Assembly (NCBI GenBank): GCA_040954595.2
Contig: CM082585.2
Coordinates: 2,572,902 to 2,636,901, forward strand
Direction of reading: 5' to 3'
DNA: 64,000 bases
Source of the DNA: Balanoglossus misakiensis
Taxonomy: Eukaryota; Animalia; Hemichordata
Shown here: in pieces, positions 29,220 through 43,294 of the stretch
How the letters are laid out: the number at the start of each line of letters is the position of its first letter
Numbering within the stretch: the first letter of the stretch is position 1
Position numbers and translations under genes: made by a program
The notes under the pieces: model-generated
What the model saw: only the letters and a program-made list of their open reading frames with translations
Databases searched by the model: none
Told to the model about the DNA's origin: nothing

Positions 29220-29327
29220 CTGTACACTCTCCATTGACCAATCAATATCCCACAGAACAAGTGTAATAAAAAGAGCCTGCTGTATTCACACACTGGCGTT
29301 CACAAAGATCTGCTCTCTTATTGACAT
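29220..29327 (-). pseudogene. cbEGF exon type B, 9 bp deletion and in-frame TGA
   Basis: tttcag/ATGTC...ACAG/gtaag; DVNKRADLCERQCVNTAGSFYYTCSVGY*LVNGECT; two cysteines lost. Confidence 0.85.
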
Positions 29328-30906
29328 CTGAAATCAAAGATAGTTTATTATTTTTAATTTTATTATTATTTATTTCCTGACAAACGTAATACACAAAATC
29401 TGAGTTCAGATTTGCTGCATTTTGGTCACGTGACGTGACGTCACAAGAGGAACCCTTCAGGTAGACCAGCTTTAGCGATGCTCACAGGTGTCATACGGTG
29501 TTTTCGTGCTTTTCTGTGTAATACCACAATGGCAAAAAGAGGTGGAGATGTTACTAGTAGTGTAATACAAAGACAGCAAATAGCAGCCGGACTTGTTTCC
29601 TACAAAAAAATCCAGCCATGTCATGTTGCTGGAAAGTCTTTGTACTTCAATAACAATACAGTCCAATTATGAAAGGGAAAGCTATGGATATGTCCTGTTT
29701 TAAACATTTGTTTGTACTATTTTGATATTCGCCATGTTAATATCACCACAAGCTAATATCCAAACTACACACAACTGCAAGTTCACTGGCCTCAAGTCAC
29801 TTGTGGATGTTGACACTAATACCCATTAAAACTTCCTATCTGGGAACATGTAAATGCACACTACAGGAAAACAAAGCAATAATTCAGAACACTATTGTGA
29901 CGGTCACAGAACTTGTGAATTTATTACAAAAGCAGTCATCCTGAAAATTGAAATACACAACCTGACGACCATCACTGATTTTAGTCAGCTACCATCACTG
30001 AATGATGAACTCAAACAAAAAATTGCTTAATACGCGGTTAAAAATAACAATGCAACAAAAAACACAAATGATCGACTCCAGTCATATATGTACATCAAGC
30101 AACATCAACTGAAAGGCTACAGGCAGTATCGTCAATACACAGGTTGTTGTTGCTATGCTCAAGGCGTCAATGAATTGGTGGTCACATTTCATTGAACAAT
30201 GAATGGGCAAGTGCTCACTCACTTCTTCAGTGAATTTCACTGTTTGTTTATCTTATCATAAAAACTTGGGCACCACAGTCCTTTGGATAAAAATATTCAT
30301 GTGTGGTGATTTAAAATCAGTGTTGCAAGAAGCAGAATTAATCACAGGATTAATGGCTTCTGATTGAAAAATACTAAATGCTTAATATGCCATATGCCGC
30401 ACACAGAGTGATCACATTAGTCAATTGTATTTTAACATACGCTTATTGTTTATGCATTTGCAGTATCTAGTCATATTACAGTAATACACCAGACATGTTC
30501 TTAACTCAATCAATGTGTGTGTGTAAGTTCAATTTCTGACCACACTAAGATTACCCAAGTCCATGTGACCAACTCTACTGCAAGTATACAGACTTGAACT
30601 CCGGAAAACTAGTCACCTACAATACTAGAACTGGAGCCACATCCAAAACTTGACTTTGAGATATTTTATCAAATCAGTGCTCCTTTTAGAATTAGAACTC
30701 CCATGCAATTTTTGTGACAGAAGAAATAAAGAGATTCCCAGAAAGAACCTCCCAGTTCCCTTTTTAGAGGTCCAACCTTACCATAGAAAACAACAGGTTT
30801 GGACTGTACCATGGTGGTGAAATGGTTAAGCCAGAGCATGTATCAAAATACAGTAAAACCTGTCTCAACCAAAACCTGTCTATTACAAGGACATTGTTCA
30901 AACTCC

Positions 30907-32021
30907 TAGGTTCACTTTTGTTTAATCGCAACACCTGGTCCAGAGCAGTGCAAACATTGGCTAATCAAGCCAGCAAGGTGTTGTCTCTACTCTCAGTTGC
31001 CAGGTGGAAACTAGGGTATATGCCATTTGAATGTCACTTCAAGGTGTTTGATGCCATGATCTTACCCATTCTTTGTTATGGATCGGAGACTTGAGTTTTA
31101 TGACATCATAGAAAAAGTGCAAAGAACATGGTGCAGAATTTTTCTAGGTGTGCCAAGGAGCACTACCAATGAAGCTGTAATTGGAGAATGTGGGCGGTTG
31201 CCAGTGTATGTTCACACAATGAAATGTTGTTTTCGTTACTGGGTGAAACTTATAGAGATGCCACAGGAAAGACTCCCTAGGCAAGCATATTTAATGCTAC
31301 ATACGTAATCTTGACTGTTTAGGCCGTCAAACTTGGGCAACATCGGTGAAACACATTTTATTTTCGCCTGGATTTCTCAGGAAATAGGCGATAAGCGTTT
31401 GTTCCTTTCAGCATTTGAGACAAGAAATTCAGATATTTTGAAGCAACAATGGAAATCACTGTCCGTCCAAAACCAAACTCCGTACATACACACATTTTAA
31501 ATCATTGTTACAGCCTGAAAAGAAGTTAATGTCATCTGTACACGTAATGTCAAAGACATTTTTGCATGTTTTCGCTGTTCTGCCCTTCCTCTTGCAATAG
31601 AGGAGGGAAGAGATCAGAACGTGGACGTTTCAGAGAGACACTGTAGGCTATGCTCTGGTGAACAAATAGAAGACGAGTATCACTTTTTACTTGTTTGCCC
31701 CGTATATGACAGTCTTAGAAAACAATATATTGGTTACACTAAAATTCCCCACATTAAAATGTTTGTTAATATCATGAGCGCATCAGAATCCTCAAGTATT
31801 TATGTTTACAATGCCTTTTAACTTAGAGAAAATGTGTTAAAAAACTTAATCTGCTAAGTTCCTCACTTTGTATCCCGAGTACGTACTTCCACACAAGTGC
31901 TGCTTGATGTTGTCATTTGTATTATTTGAGTACATGTATTATTTATTTCATTTTCGTACAATTTTCTGATTACCTTTATGCCCTCTTACCTATGGGCTGG
32001 AGGCCTTGACAATCAATTAAC
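30907..32021 (+). mobile_element. Duplicate of the LINE 3' fragment
   Basis: Same sequence at +3688. Confidence 0.85.
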
Positions 32022-32907
32022 GTGCACTGTTGTGCACCTGAACAATGAACAACAAATCAATCACACATTCTCACTGAATCGAAAGCTGTATATGACACGA
32101 GCGCTGATTCAGATTGGATGACAAAGCTAAATGTTATCCTATGATACAGAAACTACAACGTGCCAGATGACAGTTCAAGAGTCATTTATTTAATGTTTTA
32201 AAACGAATTTGGCTAATTTGTGGCCGTGTGAGAAATATAATCTCACACACCAAGGACCTGGGATCATATTTCTCACACTCGTCAGGGATATTTTGTCCCA
32301 CACTCGCCTGCAGCTTGTTTGGGACAGAAAATCCTCAACACATGTGAGAAATATGATCCCACGTCCTTGGGAGTGTGAGATTCTATTAGTCTCACAACCT
32401 TAGGACCTGGTAAAAGATTTCTCAGACGAGTTGGGGATATTTTTAGCTCGTGTTAGACAAGCCAAAATATCCCTGATGAGTGTAAGAAATTGTGTTAAGT
32501 ACACGGTGGTCCCATTCACGGATAATACAAGAAAAAAGTCTACACCGGAGTACATATACAGACAGACACACACACACACACACATCAAGAGATCAACAGG
32601 CAAACATTGGCTGACCCATAAGCTGCCAATGGCATGTGTACTGTACACACACCAAATAGAACAGCTGGTCTCTTTAACAGTTAGCCAGTTATGTAAACAT
32701 GCAGTTACCAATCACTGTTATTATTGACAAATTGCATCCAAGTCCAGACCCAGGCTTGAATACAATGTTTAAACATAACAACATTGCTTACCCTGCTTCA
32801 TCGAGCTGAACAAGAAATGATGGTTGATAACCAGAAAAATACTGAATAAAAATTCAAAAGTTACAGATACTGGACCTTTCATTGTCCACATATTGTGCTG
32901 GTCTTAC

Positions 32908-33015
32908 CTGTACACTCTCCATTGACCAATCAATATCCCACAGAACAAGTGTAATAAAAAGAGCCTGCTGTATTCACACACTGGCGTTCACAAAGATCTG
33001 CTCTCTTATTGACAT
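32908..33015 (-). pseudogene. cbEGF exon type B, duplicate of 29220-29327
   Basis: Identical copy at +3688. Confidence 0.85.
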
Positions 33016-33131
33016 CTGAAATCAAAGATAGTTTATTATTTTTAATTTTATTATTATTTATTTCCTGACAAACGTAATACACAAAATCTGAGTTCAGATT
33101 TGCTGCATTTTGGTCACGTGACGTGACGTCA

Positions 33132-35491
33132 CAAGAGGAACCCTTCAGGTAGACCAGCTTTAGCGATGCTCACAGGTGTCATACGGTGTTTTCGTGCTTT
33201 TCTGTGTAATACCACAATGGCAAAAAGAGGTGGTTGCCGTGGTTGCAGCAACACATTACCTAGACGGAAGTCACCCGTGTGAATTCCCCGAAAACCAATG
33301 AAAGTCTATGCCACGATCATCGATATTGTACGGTGGATATGAAGCCATCCGGCAGCGGCGGCAGTAACTGTCAATGCATGACCGTTGAACGATAATCGGC
33401 CAGGTTTGAATCACGAGAAGACAATCCACACCCTTACAGGAAAATAGAAGCCTGTCAGTAGGAGAGGTCGACCAGTGATCAATATTCAATTCAGAGCACA
33501 ACTGATCGTTTATACCCGATATTGGTGTTCATCAGTGTTCCAGCGACCGCGATTACACAGTAGTAGGTGAACTGGCAGGATGCGTAAACACAATTTTGCG
33601 CTGGCCGACATCATGTCGAGATTGCTTATAATTATTCACTCTTTCGTCTGGCTACCCGATACCCAGGGACCGCAAACTTCGATAATTAAGGTTGACAGCA
33701 ATCAATGTGAAAACTTGAACGTTTAAAATATTACTGTTACTATTTCACATTTTTTCAGTCATACCTTTGTATGGCTTCGGCTGAATGGTCGCCATCTTTC
33801 TTTTCTAATTTCTTTGTTTACAAGTTTTACGTCGCACTATGTCCGACTCATCGGCTCCAAAACACACTGTACAAATTTTGAAACAAAATGTGTTGAATAA
33901 ATTTTGCCGCGTGTGAGTGAAAACCGTTTCCAAACTTGGATATTCGTGTGTATCAATGAAAATGTTTCATGCTTTGTGAGCGTGAGTGGGTCGGCTCGGC
34001 ATGATCGCCTGTTGCTGTTGGTTGTATGGTTTCATTTTGTTATAATGCAGTATGAAGCATGTGAAGGAACTTTCATGATTACAGCGACAAGTCATAAATG
34101 TTTCTGTTTGTCATCACCAAAAAGGCATATAGCTTACATGTAATTCAGAAGACAGAATTTTAGTGCTGGCATGGTACATATACATCGCGGCGCGATATGT
34201 GTCATCGCTGCTGACTGCGTGTACACGCATCGGCGCTGATGGAGTTCCCTTGTAATAACACGAGCGTATTTTGTCTGTTGAGGCAGTGATCGAAAATCGC
34301 CAAAAGACCACGATATATCAGTTGTCAATAAGTTGACATTGTCCAAGATAAGTAGATTGAGACCCAACACTCTAGTCCTAAACCTCTGGGCAATATTCGA
34401 CGGTTTAAGATGGGTCCCCCGGATCTTTTTGCCCGTTGCTATGGGCCTTTGCAGGACATTACACCCCGATTTGGACTAAGGCGTTTTCAGAGTCTAACAA
34501 GGGGCTGGTAACTAGTTGAAAATCTGCACGATTGTGAGCGCGCGCCCCCTGACGCCATTGATATGCAAATTAGCTAGGTCAAATTTCAAAAGCCTAAGGC
34601 TTTTTATTCCGTGACCTCAAAAACGAACTTGATACATATTCATTAGTTGCTTGAACCAGGGAAGATCGTGACGGATTTTGTTTTCGAATATTATCGTTGT
34701 ATCCTACGATTTCAGCATACCCGTACCACAGCGGAAAAAGTCATCGATTTTAGGTGTTTTTGGACGCACTCTTCCACCGGTATCGCTTCTTAGCACGACG
34801 AAAACCGAAAAAACGATCCGTCACACTGTGTGGAAGTGCGTTCCCAACAAGCAGGTCAAATTTGACTGGCGTACGTGGCCTATGAAAAAAGCTTTAGGGA
34901 TTTTCGTGAACGGTACAAAATCTCTGTGTACAAAACATTGGATTTTTAGCGTTCGATCCAGTTACTGTGGTTACAGGACGCGCACGCTATCGCTGACCGC
35001 TGCTTTACCGTATTAGCGTGGCGGCCTATGGCCGGGCGGTAGCTGCCGTAAACATACTCGGACAGGGGGTGTGCACACAATCGTGTGTATTTTTAACTAG
35101 TTACAAGCCCCTTGTCGGACGTTCATAACGGTTTCGATCAAAATTGAGTGTAGTGTCCTATAAAGGCCCATAGAAACGAGCAAAAAGATACGGGGGACCC
35201 ATCTTAATCGAGGCAGCAATCATTGTGTGTGTAAGGTGCCTATACACATCCGCTGCCATTGCATGTTGTGTACTGCTTGCAATGCGTAGCCGTAGCCTAA
35301 CCGGGATGAGTAGTGTTATTTTTTTCATAATCGCATCTCCCCTAGATGAAAAGGTATATATGTACATTTATTTTGAATGGAACGGGGGATCCAGAGGCTG
35401 ACCCAGCAAAGCTGTTTAGATCACAGACATGTATGATTGCAATTCAACCACTGCAATGTACAGTCTTGCAATCGTAAATGGGTTCCTCTTG
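33132..35491 (+). mobile_element. Non-autonomous DNA transposon, P-element-like (hAT not excluded), with a decayed THAP-like start
   Basis: 12 bp TIR CAAGAGGAACCC; 8 bp TSD TGACGTCA (33124-33131, 35492-35499). From ATG 33217 a frameshifted MAKR..V.A.GCSNT..YLDG...EFPEN resembles a THAP N-terminus. Sits inside other inserted sequence ending at TTAA 35664-35667 (absent from the paralog at ~44530-44595). Confidence 0.7.
34497..35115. mobile_element. MITE nested in the P-like element
   Basis: ~40 bp imperfect TIR ACAAGGGGCTGGTAACTAGTTGAAAATCTGCACGATTGTG / CACAATCGTGTGTATTTTTAACTAGTTACAAGCCCCTTGT. TSD not resolved. Confidence 0.7.
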
Positions 35492-36282
35492 TGACGTCAC
35501 AGAAATGGGCGTGGCCCAAACAGAAGTTTTTTCTCAGGCCCTGAACATTTTTAAATTTAACATTTATTTATCCATATGAAATAAGTAAAAGGACACCAGC
35601 ATTTAACACACAAGCCCAATTATTATTTATCCTCAAAGTGTGTTTCGAGCTAAGATATGCTCTTTAAAGGATAAAAAAATTACACTTAAAAACCCCAAAG
35701 AAACCAAAACAGTTCTGAAAGACATTCCCTTTAAACCAAAAAAAGCAATGGAATGAAATTGTGCAGAATAAAAAGACGAGTTTTTAAACCCCTTTTAAAA
35801 CTGTCTATAGATCCAGCATTGCGGATAGAAGGTGAGGTTGATGACACATATTCGTAACCACATATTAATTGATCAGTTGATTGTTTTTACACCAAAGTCC
35901 TCAATATCCATGGCAATCTCTTTCTAGGAATTTTAACACTCTCTATCATTCTCATTTTAACAAAATCCCCTGAAACTTGTGTACCCTGTCAGCAAAACTT
36001 TGTCTGATTTTTAAAATACAGATTACTTTTTCACCCTTGCAAACACATTTTCAATGCTAAGTTTTCACATTTGTTAATTTGTTTATATTATGCATAATTA
36101 TAATTGGAAAATTTCTGAGATACAATTTCAACAAACATGTGTTCAGTACGAGTGTGCGGTTGATTTCAAATTTGAAAATGTGTGCAATGGACAGACAGGA
36201 TGCATGTTTTATTGTAACCATAGCAATATACAATCCCCAAACAGTGTAGCCACAGAAGAGATCAATATCCACAGTTACATAC

Positions 36283-36405
36283 CTGCACATGCATGGCCAT
36301 CCTCCAGCACATTGAAGCCTTGTCTGCAAGCGCAGCAATAACTACCATGGGTATTCTGACAATAGTGTTGACACGCATTTCCACAACTGTGACATTTATT
36401 CATAT
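36283..36405 (-). CDS. cbEGF exon type A (open, with atypical extra cysteines)
   Basis: ctccag/ATATG...GCAG/gtatgt, 123 bp, phase 1-1; DMNKCHSCGNACQHYCQNTHGSYCCACRQGFNVLEDGHACA. Confidence 0.75.
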
Positions 36406-37863
36406 CTGGAGGGTAAGAAGAAATTCGAAATAATTTACAAGCATTACTTTATTCAAGATAAGCCTACTCTTAACTACTGGAATCTCACACCAAAGACAAC
36501 TGGGCTCAGATTATAACAAGATGGGGATAATTTTTCTCAATTTCATCATTTGAGACAACATATCCCCAAACTTATGTAGTGTCGACGTAACATTATAACA
36601 TAGTTATATCACTGTCAGGCATTTGTGTCCTACAGTCAAGGGGTTTTAGACACCTGCAGTCATTTCGATGGCGTTGGTTTGAATCCCACCAGTGCCAGAA
36701 GTGTGAGATGGTCAACTGGACTTGAGGCGTCTTTATTTCTAAGTCTAGGAGCTACATGCACCAACTAAGGCCTATACAGTGGCTTCTGGATTGAAGAGAA
36801 CTCGAAAACACATGCACTCACTTTTATAGGAGTAAACAGGTGTTAAAATAACATGTAAATTTTAGAATATTTTGTTTAATAGGATTTGTATTCAAATTCT
36901 ATTTCTGAGTCTTACACAGTGATGACCTTTTATCATGCATTGATGTGATGCAACCACTCACTAATGCCACACTCTGTACAAATATACATGTTAACCTGAA
37001 AACTGACTTCTTCCAACGGTGAAGCAAGTCAGAATTTTGAGGCTGGGAATCATCTACGTAGTTCCCAGAGTCAATACTGTCACAGTAGTCCATTTCTTTA
37101 TGTACCAAATTGTAACAAAACATTGCTATGCATTCATGTTATCATGATCTATGACATTAATCAGCAATGTTCTATCATGTTAATTTATTCCTTGTAGTGA
37201 TATCATATGCCTTTTTCATAAAGAGGGTGCCCTTCCAAGACGCAAACATGAGGCCAGGTGGTCAAAGAGTAAAAACTTTGTCTTGTGTATCAACACTATA
37301 GTTGGGACAGACTTTCGACAGCCACATTTTATTGTAAGGTCAGTTTTACACGCAACTTGTATCATGTATACAACAAAGTAGATGAGCTCGAGCAGTACTC
37401 TGTAACCAACTGGCCTCCTTTTTCACATTGTCTGCTTGGAGATGACACCTTATTTTGGAAGTGTGCCCTCTTTATGAAAAATTTTATGATTGTGTTACAC
37501 GTATTACAGACAGAAATCAACACAAGTGCAGTCAAACCTGTCCATTATGGCTAGTGAAGGGACTTTCCTAAACTGGCCTTTATAGACAGGTGGCCATTAT
37601 ACCTGGTAGAAAAGTCAATTAATGTAGATATAAATTACACAGGGACTAGAATAAAGTGGGCACTATATAGAGGTGGCTGTTTAATAGAGGTGGCCAGTCA
37701 CAGAGGTTTGACTGTATGTTGATTTGTGTCATGAATAATAGACATTTACCAATTATTGAGTGTACAATGTGTAATTTCAGTGTCACATATACATGTACAT
37801 GTATTGGACACTAACATTGCACAAACACCTACATCTTATTTTCTCCCAATTGTAGATACTCAC

Positions 37864-37968
37864 CAACACATGTTTGTTGATTTCTGTGCAACTTAAATCC
37901 TGGTCTGCAACCACACTGGTAACTGGTTGGTGTGTTGTAACATGCTTGTTGGCATGGTGACCAACCAG
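37864..37968 (-). pseudogene. cbEGF exon type D, 5'-deleted
   Basis: 25 bp deletion relative to 42616-42741 removes the acceptor and DDNECD. A cryptic ttttcaag keeps phase 1: [35 protein letters not shown]/gtgagt. Confidence 0.7.
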
Positions 37969-38395
37969 CTTGAAAACACAAATATGATAAATTGTGTTTG
38001 AATGAATACATCTGAATTACATGTACAGTTGGCTTTGAAAAAAATATACGACAAGAGAGCAAAATTGTGTGAAACTTGATAAATATCATCTGGCATATAA
38101 CTTGGTCATATCATATGTTTATCTGTACCAGTACTGTATACTGATAAACAAACAATGTAGTAACCACATTAGAAGCTAGTGTTTTGTTAGCCAAAAATAT
38201 CACACACGAGACAACAAACTCATTTTTTTCTAAATGTGTAACTTTGGAAAGTGCCTCATAACTTTTATTTATTATTTTTTTTACATGGTGACTCGCTATA
38301 ATCTTTGTCACATACAACATGTGTAAGCGCCCTTTTGAGGCAGGAAATGCAAAGCAATTGTTGGTCTATCCCCTCCCCACTCAAAAAAAACTTAC

Positions 38396-38518
38396 CTAAA
38401 CAATTGACATGATCTGCACTCAGAGAGAAACCATCATCACCACAACTACAGCTGAATCCACCCTCTGCATTTAGACACCCTCCAGCACAAACAGAATCTG
38501 AACACTCATTATTCACAT
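38396..38518 (-). CDS. cbEGF exon type C
   Basis: ttttcag/ATGTG...TTAG/gtaagt, 123 bp, phase 1-1; DVNNECSDSVCAGGCLNAEGGFSCSCGDDGFSLSADHVNCL. Confidence 0.8.
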
Positions 38519-39521
38519 CTGAAAATAGAGAGAACAAAAACATCCATTGTAATTATTCAAGACAATACCAATCCTCCCTTCCTTTAAAAATTTCCCTAAT
38601 GTGAACAAATTCACATGGCTTTGAAATAAAGTATTAACAGTGATACTTCTAATATTTCTAACCGACACAACATTTCTAAACTTTGAGTCTCTTTGTGGAT
38701 TTGTAGAAATGATCTACAAACTGAGCTGTCAGGTCATAACTGTTTGTGCTTTGGCATGAACACATATCCCAGAATGCCCTACAGGGTTGGCAGTGAAATT
38801 GATAAACTCTTCACCTAAGATTTCAAACTCGTAATAGATTCTCACACTCCTGGCATGCTGAGAGTGTTGGATCAGAGTGTGAGAACAAATCAATCCCACA
38901 TTCTCACTGAATCGAGAGCTGTATATGATGCGAGCACTGATTGGATGACAAAGAGTTCTTTAACAACATGTGCTAAATGTTATCCAATGACGCGATACAG
39001 AATCTACAATGTGCCAGATGACAGTTCAAGAGTCATTTATTTAACGAATTTGGCTAATTTGTAGCCGTGTGAGAAATATAATCTCATACACCAAGGACCC
39101 GGGATCATATTTCTCACACTCGTCAGGGATATTTTGTCCCACATTCGCTTGCAGCTTGTTTGGGACAGAAAATCCCCAACTCATGTGAGAAATATGACAC
39201 TTGTACAGTACTATGAACAGACCAAACACTGTTCAATTCAACTACACAGAACAAACTAATCGCAAAGTAACTCATGAAGGAAAACGCTGACAAAATCTAC
39301 GCCTACCAGTAATTTTAAATCTGTTAACTGCATTTGAATTCATACAAATTAATTGAAAATCGCCTTTGTGGTTGTCTGATGTCAATTATTTAATTGAAGA
39401 GTTGTTGTGTTAGAGTTAATTTGCCTGAATTGCTTGCCTTTCATTCTGACAGTCAATTATATTTTGAGGAAGCAGCTCCTACTTCTAGATTGAAAATATG
39501 AAATATTTAAAATATATGTAT

Positions 39522-39970
39522 TTATTATACATCTGGCACCGAGAACAGTAGAATTTAGCGTGCACTAAAAAAGCTGTACGGAATAGTACATACGTAACGC
39601 GTGTTAAATACGCCCCAAGTTTCAAGGCACCCCAACTCACTTTGTACAGGTATGTGTTGTTATGCAGACGGTTTCAAGACACCCCCGCTCCAACGCACGT
39701 AAACAAAAAAAAAGAAGGCTGCTCACTGTTTCAGCTGAGCGGTTTACGATCGATTGTATCGGCATTTTGGGCGTTTTAAAAGCCAAGTAACATGCAACAC
39801 AAGAACTAACGGAGATGTAAGATGTATAATAATAAGGTTATTACAAAAATACAGCAAAGTATGCACTCGGACATTAGCGCCGCGCATCGCCCTCCGCTGC
39901 GCGTCGGGAGATACTTGGCGCTAATGTCCTTGTGCATACTTTGCGGTATTTTCGTAATAACCTCATATTA
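39522..39970. mobile_element. Second family of hairpin element
   Basis: Absent from the paralog at ~25460. Inverted repeat TTATTATACATCT (39522-39534) / AGATGTATAATAA (39820-39832), then palindrome 39835-39963 centred on CCCTCCGCTGCGCGTCGGG. Confidence 0.8.
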
Positions 39971-42615
39971 TATTCCAATTTAAAACACTATATCACAGGT
40001 CATCCTTTCACCAGAGGTTGGCCAAACCTTAAGGGAAACTGTGAGTAATTATTAAAGTATTAAATTATTAAGTAAAGATATTTGGACTTCCAACTCTTTG
40101 GCACAATATTTTTTTAATATAGTAAATGGATAAAATTTTGCTATTTTACACCTAGGGCCAGTGGGCAAGCATTTAAATATAAGAATGCAAGGTTCTCAAA
40201 AGAATGAAAAGTCACTCTTTGTTCCTTTGATTTGTGTATCATTTGATCACTGCAACCATACACTTTCATTGTCAAGAAGTGTCAAAACATCCACAAGTCT
40301 ATTTATTAAATGTGAGGTGCAAAGCTAGAAATGGAGATATTACTAGAAGTGTAGTACAAAGACAGCAATTAGCAGTCAGGAAATCAAAGACTTGTTTCTT
40401 ACAAAAAACAACAACAAATCAGCCATGCGTGTTGTCAAAAGGACTTTGTACATCACCAATTGCAATGCAGACACAATATGAAAGGGAATGCTAAGGATAT
40501 GGCCTGTTTTCAATATTTTTTACATTCTTGATAGCTGCTGTTATAATATCGCTCAGAAAGCACTTTATCCAACCCCAAGTGATGTCAGTCAACCACATTA
40601 AAACAATACTGTTGATGTTCACAAAATATACCAATGTGGCATGTCACCTGATCAGATTGAAACTGTCAACAATGATGTCACTTCACACACGAAGAAACAA
40701 AAGCATGGCACGTACCATCACTACGATGATGAACTCAAATAAAAAATAGTTTGATACGCTGCTGAAAATGTCAATGCAAAAAAACCTAATGATCGAGTCC
40801 AGTCATACAATATACATCAAGCAACATCGACTGAAAGGTTTCAGAAAGTATTTTCAATACATTGGTTGTTGTTGGTATGCTCAAGGCGTCAGATGAATTC
40901 TCCTTGCTGAGTTTGGTGGTCACCTTTCATTGAACAATGATAGGGCAAGTGCTCACTCACTTCTTCAGTGAATTTCACTGTTTGTTTATCTCATCATAAA
41001 AACTTGGGCACCACAGTCCTTTGGACAAAAATATTCATGTGTGGTGATTTAAAATCAATGTTGCAAGAAGCAGAATTAATCACAGGATTAACGGCTTCTG
41101 ATTGAAAAATGCTAAATGCTTAATATGCCATATGCCGCACACAGAGTGATCACATTAGTCAATTGGACCGCTGTTCCAAAGGACTAAAATGATGGCAACG
41201 TTTTAATATTATATTTATTTTACAAAACCCTTGCATCTCAGCTTTACTTTAAAGTACTTCCATTTACTAGTAGTACAAGTACACATCAGTTAACATTGAC
41301 AGCTAGGCATGATGTCATAGATGTAGGACTTCAAAACTGACATTCTGAACAGTGGGGGCGCTCTATCATAGTGGGTTTTAATGAACATGTGTATTTAATT
41401 TTGTGAATCAGATATGTCGATGAAAACTGCATATTTTAACAAACGCTTATAGTTAATGCATTTGCAGTATCTAGTCATATTACAGTAATACACCAGACAT
41501 GTTCTTAACTCAATCAATGTGTGTAAGTTCAATTTCTGACCACACTCAGATTACCCAAGTCCATGTGACCAACTCTACTTTATGTATACAGACTTGAGCT
41601 CCAGAAAATTAATCACATACAATACTTGAACTGGAGCCACATCCAAAACTTGACTTTGAGATCTTTTATCAAATGAGATTTCCTTTTAGAATTAGAATTC
41701 CCATGCAATTTTTGTGACAGGAGAGAAAATTTAAATTGGACACCTGCAATCTGAATAATTTCTTCAGTCCCTTTGGTGTTAGACGGGTTTGACTGTACTG
41801 GAAAGTGCAGTTGATATACACAACAAAAATGCTAAAAAATATAATTGTAGACAGTCAGAATTTTGAGGCTGGGAATCATTTACATAGTTCCTAGAATTAA
41901 TACTGTCACAGTAGTCCATTTCTCTATGTATCAAATTGTAATAAAACATTGCTATGCAGTCATGTTACCCTTCCAAGACGCGAACACGAGGCCAGAGTAA
42001 AAACTCGATTGTCTTGTGTATCAACACTATAGTTGGGACTGACTTTCCACAGCCACATTTTATTGTAAGGTCAGTTTTACACGCAACTTGTATCATGTAT
42101 ACAACAAACTAGATGAGCTCAAGCAGTACTCTGTAACCTACCGGCCTCCTTTTTCACATTGTCTGCTTGGAGATGACACCTTATTTTGGAAGTGTGCCCT
42201 CTTTATGAAAAAGCCTATAATGTCATGATTCATGAAGTGTTCTGTTACATGTATAACAGACAGAAATTAACACAAGTGCAGTCAAACCTGCCCATTATGG
42301 CTAGTGAAGGGACTTTCCTAAACTGGCCTTTATAGACAGGTGGCCATTATACCTGGTAGAAAAGTCAATTAATGTAGATATAAATTACACAGGGACCAGA
42401 ATAAAGTGGCCACTATATATATGTGGCTGTTTCATAGAGGTGGCCACTCAGACAGGTTTGACTGTATGTTGATTTGTGTCATGAATAGCAGACATTTACC
42501 AATGACTGACTGTACAATGTATGATTTCAGTTTCACATATACATGTACATGTATTAGACACTTACATAGTACAAACACATACATCTTACTTTCTCTCCAA
42601 ATTGTAGATACTCAC

Positions 42616-42741
42616 CAACACATGTATGTTGATTTCTGTGCAACTTAAATCCTGGTCTACAACCACACTGGTAACTGGCTGGTGTGTTGTTACATACTTG
42701 TTGGCACGGTGAACAACCAGCTTGATCGCACTCATTGTCAT
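42616..42741 (-). CDS. cbEGF exon type D (intact)
   Basis: ccccacag/ATGAC...GTTG/gtgagt, 126 bp, phase 1-1; [42 protein letters not shown]. Confidence 0.8.
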
Positions 42742-43174
42742 CTGTGGGGAAAACACAAATATGATAAATTGTGTTTGAATGAATACATCTGAATTACAGT
42801 TGTCTTTGAGTGCACATTTGAAAATATACAACAAGAGAGCAATTTTGTGTGAAACTTAATAAATATCATCTGGCATATAACTTGGTTATATCATATGTTT
42901 ATCTGTACCAGTACTGTAAACTGATTAACAAACAATGTAGTAACCACATTACATTTAATAAGCCAGTGTTCTGCAAGCCAAAAATATCACACATGAGACA
43001 ACAAACTCAAGTTTTTTAAATGTGTAATTTTGGAAAGTGCCTGATAACTTTTATTTATTATTTTTTTTACAAGGTGACTCGCTGTAATCTTTGCCACTTA
43101 CAACTTGTGTAAGCGCCCTTTTGAAATGACAAGCCATTTTGGCCTATCTCCTCCCCACTCAAAAAAAAACTTAC

Positions 43175-43294
43175 CTAAACAATTGACATGATCTGCACTC
43201 AGAGAGAAACCATCATCACCACAACTACAGCTGAATCCACCCTCTGCATTTAGACACCCTCCAGCACAAACAGAATCTGAACACTCATTCACAT
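43175..43294 (-). CDS. cbEGF exon type C (canonical DVNEC; upstream intron partly deleted)
   Basis: 120 bp, phase 1-1; DVNECSDSVCAGGCLNAEGGFSCSCGDDGFSLSADHVNCL. Confidence 0.75.

Larger units (their letters stand above)
25855..33233. repeat. Near-perfect tandem duplication, period 3688 bp
   Basis: ORFs repeat at +3688 (27134/30822, 27933/31621, 28743/32431). Junction at 29543 uses TGG microhomology. Only one substitution noticed (IPHIN vs IPHIK). Confidence 0.97.
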
